IMG/VR virus record: IMGVR_UViG_3300031964_000784
DNA: 64,000 bases
Origin: a virus
Direction: 5' to 3' (one strand)
Below, one piece after another: positions 1-8,673 of the stretch (the first letter of the stretch is position 1; every line of letters starts with the position of its first letter). The notes beneath the pieces are model-generated. The model had not been told where the DNA came from. It saw only the letters and a program-made list of their open reading frames with translations, and made no database searches. Made by a program: the position numbers and the translations under genes.

Positions 1-1
1 C

Positions 2-436
2 GACTCAAAGCTCGTTACCGCCAACAACTTCTACGACAAGACCGGCTGCCTGACACCGTTTGCATTCTTGGAATGCAAGATTCTCACGGGCGACACGTCT
101 GATTGCATATCGGGCGTGGGCGGCATCGGTGAAAAGGGAGCGCCAGAGTTCATCGCTGAGTTCGGGGGTGTTCGCAATTTCTGGAAGCTCTGTGAGAGCG
201 GCAAGTTCGAGCCAAAGAAAAAGGCTCATATCAATTTAGCGACCGGCCCCGGCCGTGCGCTTTATAAGCGCAATTTCCAACTGATGCAATTGCTGAAGGT
301 TGAAGCGCCGGCGAAGAGCGATACCAAGCTCGACCTCGGCAAGTTCGACAAAGAGGCTTTCGCGACTATCTGTTCGGAGCTGGCGTTCACTTCCATCCTC
401 AGAAATCTGGATGAATTCGTAGCAAATTTTCAATAA
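2..436 (+). CDS. 5'-3' exonuclease / phage RNase H-like flap nuclease, C-terminal part (5'-truncated by window edge)
   Basis: Frame is open from base 2; H3TH motif ILTGDTSDCISGVGGIGEKGA. Confidence 0.85.
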   Translation, partial: DSKLVTANNFYDKTGCLTPFAFLECKILTGDTSDCISGVGGIGEKGAPEFIAEFGGVRNFWKLCESGKFEPKKKAHINLATGPGRALYKRNFQLMQLLKVEAPAKSDTKLDLGKFDKEAFATICSELAFTSILRNLDEFVANFQ

Positions 437-445
437 GGAAAAGCC

Positions 446-1528
446 ATGTCGACAACGACAGTAGCACCAGCAACAAAACTGAAAGCACCAAAAGGCGGGG
501 CCATTGAAGACCTGATTAGCGCTCTCGATGCAGCGGTAGGCGGTAATGACGACAATGCGGCGGTCACGCAATTCATCGACACCGGCTATGCGCCATTGAA
601 CGAAGCAATTTCCGGTCGTTACGACGGCGGGTTGCCGTACGGTCGTATGATCGAAATGATGGGCGAACCCTCATGCGGGAAAACGGCTCTGGCGACTGAG
701 TGGATGGTCAAGACGCAACAGATGGGTGGCGTAGCCGGCTTCGTTGATTGGGAGCGCAGCTTTGACGTTGGCCTGGCAAAAGGATTCGGGTTGAATGACC
801 AGCGTCCATATTGGTTTTACCACAAAGCGGAAACGTGGGAAAGCGGCAACACATGGGCAGCGCGCGCCTGCCGTGCGATCCGCGCATCTAAAGCACTCCC
901 GCCCGAAGCGCCAATCCTGTTCGTGTTCGACTCGATCGCGTCGGCTATTCCGCACTCGATGCTGTACGACGCCAAAGGCAACAAGCGCGAGATTGAATCC
1001 TTCACCATGAATGACACATCGGCGCTTTCCCGCGTCACGTCCACGACATTGAAGGTGATGGCGCAATACTGCGAAGAGTTCAATGCGACCTTCCTGTACT
1101 TGAACCAGATTCGCTTGAAGATCGGCGTTGTGTTCGGCGATCCGCGCACCACGCCTGGCGGCAAGGCGATGGAGTTCTACGCAACAAACCGGATCATGCT
1201 CGGTCGCGAAAAGATCATGCAGACGGTAGCAGGCGGCAAGGAATTCGTCGGGCAGAACATCAAGATGGAAGTCGTCAAGTCAAAGCTGACCAAGCCATTC
1301 AAGAAATGCGAAATCCGCATGGCGTTCGATGATGACGGTGTGGCGCGGTTCGACACAACCTACTCGCTGATCGAGGAGTTACTGGGGCAGAAAAAGCTGA
1401 CATCGCCCAAGAACGGCTATGTCGAGTGGGAAGGCAAGCAATTGAGCAAGCGAGCGCTGGCTGACCTCATTAATGAAACCGGCATCATCGGTAAATTTAA
1501 TGCGATGTTGGAACCAGCCACGACGTAA
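446..1528 (+). CDS. recA: RecA/UvsX-like recombinase
   Basis: GGLPYGRMIEMMGEPSCGKT Walker A, FVDWE, LFVFDSIA, LNQIRLKIGVVFGDPRTTPGGKAMEFYA are RecA signatures. Confidence 0.95.
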   Translation: MSTTTVAPATKLKAPKGGAIEDLISALDAAVGGNDDNAAVTQFIDTGYAPLNEAISGRYDGGLPYGRMIEMMGEPSCGKTALATEWMVKTQQMGGVAGFVDWERSFDVGLAKGFGLNDQRPYWFYHKAETWESGNTWAARACRAIRASKALPPEAPILFVFDSIASAIPHSMLYDAKGNKREIESFTMNDTSALSRVTSTTLKVMAQYCEEFNATFLYLNQIRLKIGVVFGDPRTTPGGKAMEFYATNRIMLGREKIMQTVAGGKEFVGQNIKMEVVKSKLTKPFKKCEIRMAFDDDGVARFDTTYSLIEELLGQKKLTSPKNGYVEWEGKQLSKRALADLINETGIIGKFNAMLEPATT

Positions 1529-1589
1529 CCCCAAGCAACTCCCCTCTATAATCAGATAGACGCTTGTCGGATTATAGAGGAGTAGCACA

Positions 1590-1970
1590 ATGGTTGAAAC
1601 ACAGGTAATTGGCTTCATTCCACCGATGGTCGGCCTTGACGGAGAGTTCAATACCTTCCGTCTGGGTCAGACCCTCGCCAAGAGACTCGCCGCAGGTGAC
1701 GAGGTATTCTTGATGAATGAAAAGACGAAGACGGTCTTCGGCAAGGCAGTGGTAACGAGTATCGAAACTGGATTGTTGGGCGAGCTGTGTTTGATCCACG
1801 CGCACAAGAATCACACGGAAGTTGGCGGCGATGACCCGATTCGGGCGCCGGAGAGATTGTTTAAATATATTCAAAAGATTTACGGGCCGCACATTGCAGA
1901 GCATGGCAAGAAAAGTGTGGTGCTGTCGTTACGGAGATTAGATGAACCCATCGGAAGAAGCGCTGATTAA
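1590..1970 (+). CDS. hypothetical phage protein (possible ASCH/PUA-like fold)
   Basis: RBS GAGGAG; FNTFRLG...GDEVFL...FGKAVV pattern loosely ASCH-like. Confidence 0.6.
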   Translation: MVETQVIGFIPPMVGLDGEFNTFRLGQTLAKRLAAGDEVFLMNEKTKTVFGKAVVTSIETGLLGELCLIHAHKNHTEVGGDDPIRAPERLFKYIQKIYGPHIAEHGKKSVVLSLRRLDEPIGRSAD

Positions 1971-2301
1971 ACGTGCGTTAGGCCCCTCGCTGACGGAAGA
2001 CAGCGAGCTGCGGTTTGGTAAGCACAAAGGCAAGACGGTCGGAGACCTCTGCCGAATCGATCCGGCCTATCTTGTCTGGTTGCGCGACGCGAAGAAGGAC
2101 AATCGTGACTACTTCGCGTTTCCAATACACACCGTGCTTGACGCAGCGATTCTGTCAAGCAAGGCGCTCAAGAGGAAATTCGAACCCTGGAACGTCGTGC
2201 CCGAAGGTGACGACGTGATCCGGCCCATCAGCGATCAGCCACCACCCTGGATCGAAGCGCCGAATGGCAACGCCTATCGTGAAGCATGGGGCGCATTCTA
2301 A
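1942..2301 (+). CDS. protein with exonuclease X C-terminal-like (FGKHKG...P.YL.WL) motif
   Basis: LRFGKHKGKTVGDLCRIDPAYLVWL motif. Confidence 0.7.
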   Translation: MNPSEEALIKRALGPSLTEDSELRFGKHKGKTVGDLCRIDPAYLVWLRDAKKDNRDYFAFPIHTVLDAAILSSKALKRKFEPWNVVPEGDDVIRPISDQPPPWIEAPNGNAYREAWGAF

Positions 2302-2678
2302 TGGGTCGCGAGCTACATTCAGTCAATGGCAAGATCATGGGTGCGTGGTACGAGACCGCCACCGGTAACAAGCTGTATCTTGCGCACCGCGTCAACCGGC
2401 AGATTCACCGCGTTCGCAATGCCTGGTGCGTCGACCTGGCAATACTGGAAAAGTGCAGAACGCGTGACGTGACCGCAATTGGCATCATCAAGCGGGAAAA
2501 AACGCTGAAGATGGTATGGCTGTCACTGGTCGAGGACTTCTTTGGTGACGAGTCGTTCGCCTATTTTGACCAAGTTCGACAGCGCGGATTACCATTGAAC
2601 AAGTTCCGGGTAGATCCGCTAAAGAGTCAGGAATTCATCGAATCCTTTATCAGATTGCCTAAAGCAAGAAGTCAGTAA
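2301..2678 (+). CDS. hypothetical phage protein
   Basis: ATG overlaps the upstream TAA (translational coupling); ORF in operon. Confidence 0.7.
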   Translation: MGRELHSVNGKIMGAWYETATGNKLYLAHRVNRQIHRVRNAWCVDLAILEKCRTRDVTAIGIIKREKTLKMVWLSLVEDFFGDESFAYFDQVRQRGLPLNKFRVDPLKSQEFIESFIRLPKARSQ

Positions 2679-2685
2679 TGACTTA
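2668..2685. promoter_or_regulatory. palindromic operator
   Basis: GAAGTCA-GTAA-TGACTTA; TATAAT at 2692. Confidence 0.75.
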
Positions 2686-2726
2686 TTAATGTATAATAGT
2701 ATCTTAATGACTAAGAAGGGCAAAAA

Positions 2727-3122
2727 ATGATCTTAACAAGCGCATTGCTGTGTTTAAGCCTCAATTTGTACCACGAATCACGCGGAGAAATGATACCTGG
2801 ACAGTACGCTGTCGCAATGGTCACGATGAATCGCGCCAATAGCAACCCGGATAATGTTTGCAAGGTCGTTCTAAAGCCGCATCAGTTTAGCTGGACGACA
2901 AAGATGGTGAAGGGTAACCAGCTAACACAAGCTGGCGAACCGAAAGAAGAGCATGCGTGGTCGGTAGCGCAGACGATCGCCAAAGTAGTGCTGTCGGGCC
3001 GGTTTCGCGACTTCACCGATGGAGCGAAGTTCTACCATGCCAACTACGTGAAGCCAAAGTGGCGTCTGTCGATGGTGCAAACAAAGGTACTTGGACATCA
3101 CATTTTTTATCGTCAAGCATAA
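2727..3122 (+). CDS. SleB-like cell wall hydrolase (Hydrolase_2 family)
   Basis: CLSLNLYHESRGE...GQYAVAMVTMNR...VCKVV..PHQFSW...TDGAKFYHA...LGHHIFY. Confidence 0.9.
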   Translation: MILTSALLCLSLNLYHESRGEMIPGQYAVAMVTMNRANSNPDNVCKVVLKPHQFSWTTKMVKGNQLTQAGEPKEEHAWSVAQTIAKVVLSGRFRDFTDGAKFYHANYVKPKWRLSMVQTKVLGHHIFYRQA

Positions 3123-3137
3123 GTATGTAGTGACTTA
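3120..3137. promoter_or_regulatory. palindromic operator
   Basis: TAAGTAT-GTAG-TGACTTA; first TAA is the stop codon of the hydrolase gene. Confidence 0.65.
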
Positions 3138-3150
3138 ACAGGAGGGAAGT

Positions 3151-4194
3151 ATGAAGCCTTATGGCGTTTTGAGCGACACCCACAACCATAACTGGTCGGC
3201 ATTTGCCACGACTGGCGCCGACGGCATCAACAGCCGACTGCACATGATTCTCGCGGAAACCGAGCGCTGCGCGGCCGAAGTGCTGAATGCGGGCGGCGAC
3301 ACCATGTACCACGGTGGCGACCTGTTCCACGTTCGCGGCAGTATTGCGCCGACTGTATTGAATCCGACGATGGATTGCTATCGCAGCATCATCGAGTCAG
3401 GCGTCAACATCATCATCAATGCCGGTAACCATGACCTTGAAGGCAAAGAGGCGAGCCGCGTGTCGTCGGCGATTACCGCGCTGGAGGGTATCGGCTGCAC
3501 GGTTGTCAACAAGCCAATCGTCAGGGGTAGCATGATGATCGTACCCTGGATTCCAAAGCTAGATGACCTGAAGATGACGTTGGAAGTTACAACGAAATTG
3601 GAGCGCGCAGACCACGACCTGCTGATTCATGCGCCGGTCGACGGCGTGATCGCAGGCTTGCCCGATCATGGGATGGATGGCGCATACCTGGCGTCGCTCG
3701 GTTACCGGCGTGTTTTCAGCGGTCATTACCATTACCACAAGGAAGTGGCGCCAAACGTGTACTCGATTGGGTCACTAACGCCGCAGACCTGGAGCGACAT
3801 CAACGCCAAAGCAGGTTTCCTGATCGTCACCGACGAAAGGGTGAAATGGCACGCTAGTCATGCGCCGTCGTTCGTTGAGATCGACGCCAGCACCGACCCG
3901 GACGATGTGCCGCTGATTGTCGACGGCAACTATGTTCGCTGCCGCATTACCTCGTCCAAGTCGTCGGACGTGGAAGCGATGCGCGAATACCTGACAAGCG
4001 TTGGCGCAAAGGGCGTCGTGATCCTGCCCGACGTGAAAGCAGCAACGGTCGCACGGGTTGGAGCAACGCTGACGGCCGGGTCGTCGCTGGAAGACAGCAT
4101 CAACGGCTATGTCAACACGCTCGGACACAAGAACGGCGGGCTGGTCGGTGCGCTGTGTCAGGACATCTTGAACACGGTAAGGAGCGTGGCATGA
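3151..4194 (+). CDS. sbcD: SbcD/Mre11-like metallophosphoesterase nuclease
   Basis: SDTH, GGDLFH, GNHD, GHYH calcineurin-like motifs; lies upstream of SbcC. Confidence 0.9.
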   Translation: MKPYGVLSDTHNHNWSAFATTGADGINSRLHMILAETERCAAEVLNAGGDTMYHGGDLFHVRGSIAPTVLNPTMDCYRSIIESGVNIIINAGNHDLEGKEASRVSSAITALEGIGCTVVNKPIVRGSMMIVPWIPKLDDLKMTLEVTTKLERADHDLLIHAPVDGVIAGLPDHGMDGAYLASLGYRRVFSGHYHYHKEVAPNVYSIGSLTPQTWSDINAKAGFLIVTDERVKWHASHAPSFVEIDASTDPDDVPLIVDGNYVRCRITSSKSSDVEAMREYLTSVGAKGVVILPDVKAATVARVGATLTAGSSLEDSINGYVNTLGHKNGGLVGALCQDILNTVRSVA

Positions 4195-4595
4195 ACGATC
4201 AGGCAGCACTGACGCGCCAGGAACGCATCGATCGCGGTCAGGCAAATCGTAAAGCGCGGGAGGAGCTTCGGAACGCGGTGCGTTTTTGCATGAAAGAGGG
4301 TGGCGTATCGCCGGCAGACATCAATAAGGCTGCGCACGATATGGCGGTAACGGAGGTGGGCCGCGTTTTGGGCAGTATCACCCTCAATCAGCTAGTGAGG
4401 AATGCTGTCGAGGTGGAAATCAGCCGACAAATGGGACTTGTGCAAAAGGCTTTGCCAGGCGGGCAGAAGATCACCGAAATGATCGCGTTGGCAATGCAGA
4501 AAGAAGCCTCACGGGTCGCTGCCGAATATATCAAAACAAACATCATCGTGTCCGTCAACGACGCCGGCGGGTACAAAGAAGGAGGGTCGTTCTAA
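4191..4595 (+). CDS. hypothetical protein
   Basis: ATGA overlap with sbcD stop; stop overlaps sbcC start. Confidence 0.65.
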   Translation: MNDQAALTRQERIDRGQANRKAREELRNAVRFCMKEGGVSPADINKAAHDMAVTEVGRVLGSITLNQLVRNAVEVEISRQMGLVQKALPGGQKITEMIALAMQKEASRVAAEYIKTNIIVSVNDAGGYKEGGSF

Positions 4596-6541
4596 TGGAT
4601 ATTACAGAACTCAGCATTAAAAACTTCCTCACGATCGGCGAAGCAGAGATCGCGCTGGACTCTCGCGGACTTTTGCTGATTCAGGGCCAGAACGACGACG
4701 ACTCAAGCGCCAAGTCGAACGGTGCCGGCAAGTCATCCATCGTCGACGCGCTGTGCTGGTGCCTCTTCGGCGAGACGGCGCGCGGCGTAACGGGTGACGC
4801 GGTAGTCAATGATACGGCCAAGAAAGACTGCGCGGTATCGGTAACGCTTGACGATGATGGCGTGTGCTATCTAGTCAGCAGGTATCGGAAGCACAAGGTC
4901 AACAAGAATCAACTGATGGTGTGGCAGATTCCAGCCGCAGGTTCGCCGATTGACCTGGCGAAGGGCACCGACAAAGAGACGCAGGAAGTCGTCTTGAAGA
5001 TTCTCGGTTGCAGCCTGGACGTTTTTAAAGGCGCGGTATATGCCGGTCAAGAGGCGATGCCAGACCTGCCAGGCATGACCGACAAGAATTTGAAGCTACT
5101 GATCGAGGAAGCCGCCGGCGTTGAGGTGTTGGCTGAAGCGTACAAGGAAGCGTCCACGCGGTCGCTGGTGGTCGAGCGGGAATTCACGGTGGCGCAGACT
5201 GCCCTGACGAGCCTGCAAGCGCGTCACGGGTCGCTGAATGCCGAGCTGGTCATCATGACAGCCGACATGGACATCTTCGAGGCGGGTCGCAAGGACAAGG
5301 CGCGACTGGAGCTGGCGAAGATCAAGCCGATGCAAGACGAAATCGACTTGCTGAAGGGGCGAATCATTGCATTTGACGAGCCGGCGCTTATCGCGGAACA
5401 GAAAAAGCTAGAAGCCAGTCTGGCCGACCATGCTGCGCAAGCGGGCGAGCTGAAGAAGCTGACCGACGCCGAGCGCGCCGCTGCCGACCATGTGAATATT
5501 GGGCGGACCGGCACGCTCTTGAAGAAAGACATCCACGACAAGCGCACGAAGGCGCTGGCTGACATCGAGTCGCAGATTGGCAAGCCATGTGGTGAGTGCG
5601 GGAAAGCCTACTGCGCTCACGATCTGGAAGCGGCCAAGGTAATGCAGCAAAAGCAGGTTGAAGCCATCAAGAAAGAGATTGTCGAACTTGCGACTGATGT
5701 GAAGACGCGGATCGTAACCCAGGCGACTGCGGCCGGCGCGGTTGAAGCCTTCAAAGCAACCATGACCGACGTATCGGTAGCGATGGCTGAAATCGGCACG
5801 ATACTGGGCACGATCGGCACTATTCAAAGCCTGCGCCGCAGGGTTGAAGACTTTGAAGCCAATATCGTCATCGTAAAAGCCGCAGCCAAGCGCCACCTGA
5901 CCGATGTCAACCCCTGGACAAAGGCGGTCGAGAACAAGACCGCCGACATTGGCAAGACTGAAGCGGACATGGCGACAAAGACTGTCGAATGCTTGGCGCT
6001 TGAAGAAAAGAAGGACATCTACGCAAGCGCGGCAAAGGTATTCGGGCCTGCCGGTGTACGGGCGCACATTCTCGATACGGTCACGCCATTCTTGAACGAA
6101 AGGACAGGTGAATATCTCGGTGCGCTGGCGGACGGCAACATTAACGCTACGTGGTCAACCTTGAGCAAGACGGCAAAAGGCGAGCTGAAGGAGAAGTTCA
6201 ACATCGAAGTGGTCAATGACAAGGGCGCCAAGTCCTTTGCGGGGCTGTCGGGCGGTGAGAAGCGCAAGGTGCGCCTGGCTGCCGCGATGGCGCTGCAAGA
6301 CATGGTGGCGAGTCGGGCAACCAAGCCAATCAATATCTTCATTGCGGACGAAGTGGATCACGCGCTCGACGAAGCCGGCTTGGAGCGCTTGATGGGCGTG
6401 CTTGAAAAGAAGGCAAAGGAGCGCGGCACCGTGTTGGTCATTTCGCACAATTCGCTGTCCGACTGGATCGATAACGTGATTACCGTCACCAAAACTGGCG
6501 GGACATCCAATGTAGCGGGGGCGACCGTTCGTGGCTTCTGA
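4595..6541 (+). CDS. sbcC: SbcC/Rad50-like SMC ATPase
   Basis: Walker A NGAGKSS, coiled coils, zinc hook CGEC, signature LSGGEKRKV, Walker B IFIADEVD. Confidence 0.93.
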   Translation: MDITELSIKNFLTIGEAEIALDSRGLLLIQGQNDDDSSAKSNGAGKSSIVDALCWCLFGETARGVTGDAVVNDTAKKDCAVSVTLDDDGVCYLVSRYRKHKVNKNQLMVWQIPAAGSPIDLAKGTDKETQEVVLKILGCSLDVFKGAVYAGQEAMPDLPGMTDKNLKLLIEEAAGVEVLAEAYKEASTRSLVVEREFTVAQTALTSLQARHGSLNAELVIMTADMDIFEAGRKDKARLELAKIKPMQDEIDLLKGRIIAFDEPALIAEQKKLEASLADHAAQAGELKKLTDAERAAADHVNIGRTGTLLKKDIHDKRTKALADIESQIGKPCGECGKAYCAHDLEAAKVMQQKQVEAIKKEIVELATDVKTRIVTQATAAGAVEAFKATMTDVSVAMAEIGTILGTIGTIQSLRRRVEDFEANIVIVKAAAKRHLTDVNPWTKAVENKTADIGKTEADMATKTVECLALEEKKDIYASAAKVFGPAGVRAHILDTVTPFLNERTGEYLGALADGNINATWSTLSKTAKGELKEKFNIEVVNDKGAKSFAGLSGGEKRKVRLAAAMALQDMVASRATKPINIFIADEVDHALDEAGLERLMGVLEKKAKERGTVLVISHNSLSDWIDNVITVTKTGGTSNVAGATVRGF

Positions 6542-7544
6542 AAATCTTAAACAAACGAAGATTAACCTGGCCGAAGGCTTAGTTCGGCCTCCATTTGATC
6601 CATATTCATCGCGCTTTCAGAGTGAACTGGCTCACTTAATGAGAACGCCAGGTGCAAGCACGAATAAGCCAGAAACGATGCTGATACTGCCGCGTCGGGC
6701 TGGCAAAACGTCCGCTTATGAAGCGCTAGGGGAAAAGTCGCCAGGTGGCAAGAAAACGCACGAGCCGGTATATATCTCAACGCCAAAGGGCGATTCTGAT
6801 TCTCTATTCGAGAAGTTCGTCTCCTCCGCCGGCGCGGCGCAAGCGGCTAGTCGGATGGCGAAAAGTGCAGCCGACATCGCATCGCTTATGTCAGAAACGT
6901 ACACGACAACATGGACGACCGGCCCGCCAACGCCTGCACTCACGGTAGCAGGCATAGCAAAAATGAAAGCCGAGATCGATTCGTTTAAACGTACGGATCG
7001 TATTTCGGAAATGGCAAGCGACATAAAGAAAGCAGAATTGGAGAGCATGATGGCAACAAGGAAATCAGCCGCAGAGGTCGCGGCAATCACCGAAGCGATG
7101 GGTGAGTTGGTCGCCAAGGTCAATACCTGGATTGAGGAGACGAAGAGCAACAGCGAGGATATGGACAGTCTCGTTGGTGGCAATATCCAAACGGTCGTGT
7201 CCTTGAAGGGGCCAGGCTCACTGACGATCAAGAAAGACGGTCAATACAGCAAGGCGCCGCATATCGGTGGCGAGGAGTTCACGTTGGCCGGTGTCTATTT
7301 GGGCAAGCGCGGCACCATTATCGGCCAGTTCGAGCCTGCAACCAAAGGCGCCTACGATTACCTGGAAATGACGGTCGGTGAGGCGGCGGACCTGCTGAAC
7401 GGCTTCGGAGAAATCGCGGTCGAGTGCGTTGAGGATGGCTTGTTCGTATCGATCAACAAGATTCAACAGGCGGCCACGGCCGCACATGAAATCGAAGCCA
7501 ACAAGTCGAAGTTCAACGAATACGCCACATTCGGGAGCTGGTGA
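6531..7544 (+). CDS. hypothetical phage protein
   Basis: 337-aa ORF coupled to sbcC; ends FGSW. Confidence 0.7.
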   Translation: MASENLKQTKINLAEGLVRPPFDPYSSRFQSELAHLMRTPGASTNKPETMLILPRRAGKTSAYEALGEKSPGGKKTHEPVYISTPKGDSDSLFEKFVSSAGAAQAASRMAKSAADIASLMSETYTTTWTTGPPTPALTVAGIAKMKAEIDSFKRTDRISEMASDIKKAELESMMATRKSAAEVAAITEAMGELVAKVNTWIEETKSNSEDMDSLVGGNIQTVVSLKGPGSLTIKKDGQYSKAPHIGGEEFTLAGVYLGKRGTIIGQFEPATKGAYDYLEMTVGEAADLLNGFGEIAVECVEDGLFVSINKIQQAATAAHEIEANKSKFNEYATFGSW

Positions 7545-7960
7545 TGTTTGGACTTTCATCAGCAAGGGCGACCGGCGTGGGTGATGGGCACATATCGACT
7601 TCGGTCGCCAACTATTCATCGGCGCCACTACCGCAACGGGAAGAGTTCACGTTACCGCTGACGGAGATTCGTGCGGATAACGAATTCAACAACAACTCGC
7701 TTCGCATTACCTTGAAGTCTTACATGGCGCCAGAAATGTCGTTGCCAGGCATGTCTTTTTCCGACTTGTCTAAGCTATCCGAGCGAGGCGGTTTGGAGGT
7801 CGCAATTCGCCCTCGCGGCAGCCAGGCGTTCGGGCCTAGCAGTCTCCTGGCCGATACGAACCGCATCACTACGTTGGAGGCGTCGGTGGCGGCATTAACA
7901 GTGGAACTTGAGGATTTACGCAGGAAAGCAAAGGATATGCCGCAATCGGCAGTTTGGTAA
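7541..7960 (+). CDS. hypothetical protein
   Basis: GTGA overlap; short C-terminal coiled coil. Confidence 0.6.
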   Translation: MMFGLSSARATGVGDGHISTSVANYSSAPLPQREEFTLPLTEIRADNEFNNNSLRITLKSYMAPEMSLPGMSFSDLSKLSERGGLEVAIRPRGSQAFGPSSLLADTNRITTLEASVAALTVELEDLRRKAKDMPQSAVW

Positions 7961-7977
7961 TCAACCAGGAGCAACAA

Positions 7978-8595
7978 ATGAGCAAAATGAAAATCATCGG
8001 TTTCGACCCTTCAATGAGCAATTGGGGCGTCGCCAAAGCAACGCTGGATCTCGATACGCTGAAGATCACGGTGGACGAGCTGGCGGTCGTTCAAACCGAG
8101 AACGAGAAGGACAAAAAGATGAAGAAGGTCGTCCGCAAAAACAGCGAAGACCTGGAGCGGGCCAAGCTGCTGCATGCCGGCGCAATGGGTGCGGTCGAGG
8201 GTCGCTGGCTGGCGTTCGTCGAAGTCCCGGTCGGCAGCCAATCTAGCCGCGCGATGGCGTCGTATGGGGTCTGCATAGGCGTACTCGCGGCGGTCGGTCG
8301 CGCAGTCCCGCTGATTCAGGTCACGCCAACCGAGGTCAAGGTCGCCGGCACCGGCATCAAGACGGCCACGAAGGAAGAAATGATCGAGGCGGCGATGAAG
8401 AAGTACCCAGAGGCACCGTGGCCCACAAAGAAGATCAAAGGTGTCGTCACGCCGATCGCCAGTCAATGCGAACACATGACCGATGCTGTCTTTGCCATTG
8501 AAGCGGGAATCGCCACCGACGAATTCCGGCAGATGATCGCCATGTATAAGTCCACTCCGATGTTTACGCGGGCGCTGGCAACGGAAGAAGTTTAA
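7978..8595 (+). CDS. RuvC-like Holliday junction resolvase
   Basis: KIIGFDPSMSNWG, VEVPVGSQ, VTPTEVK...ATKEEMI, EHMTDAVFAI. Confidence 0.85.
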   Translation: MSKMKIIGFDPSMSNWGVAKATLDLDTLKITVDELAVVQTENEKDKKMKKVVRKNSEDLERAKLLHAGAMGAVEGRWLAFVEVPVGSQSSRAMASYGVCIGVLAAVGRAVPLIQVTPTEVKVAGTGIKTATKEEMIEAAMKKYPEAPWPTKKIKGVVTPIASQCEHMTDAVFAIEAGIATDEFRQMIAMYKSTPMFTRALATEEV

Positions 8596-8612
8596 TTTTG
8601 CGCCTTATATGG

Positions 8613-8630
8613 TAAGTCGCTAGTGACTTA
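8613..8630. promoter_or_regulatory. palindromic operator upstream of RNR
   Basis: TAAGTCG-CTAG-TGACTTA; CATAAT at 8633. Confidence 0.8.
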
Positions 8631-8673
8631 CCCATAATCTATCCCCCAACAGTTTAACTACCACAAGGTATTT

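Noticed and set aside
8596-8673. Cobalamin riboswitch upstream of the B12-dependent RNR
   Set aside because: The leader is only about 80 bp and is occupied by the operator/promoter; no B12-box motif.
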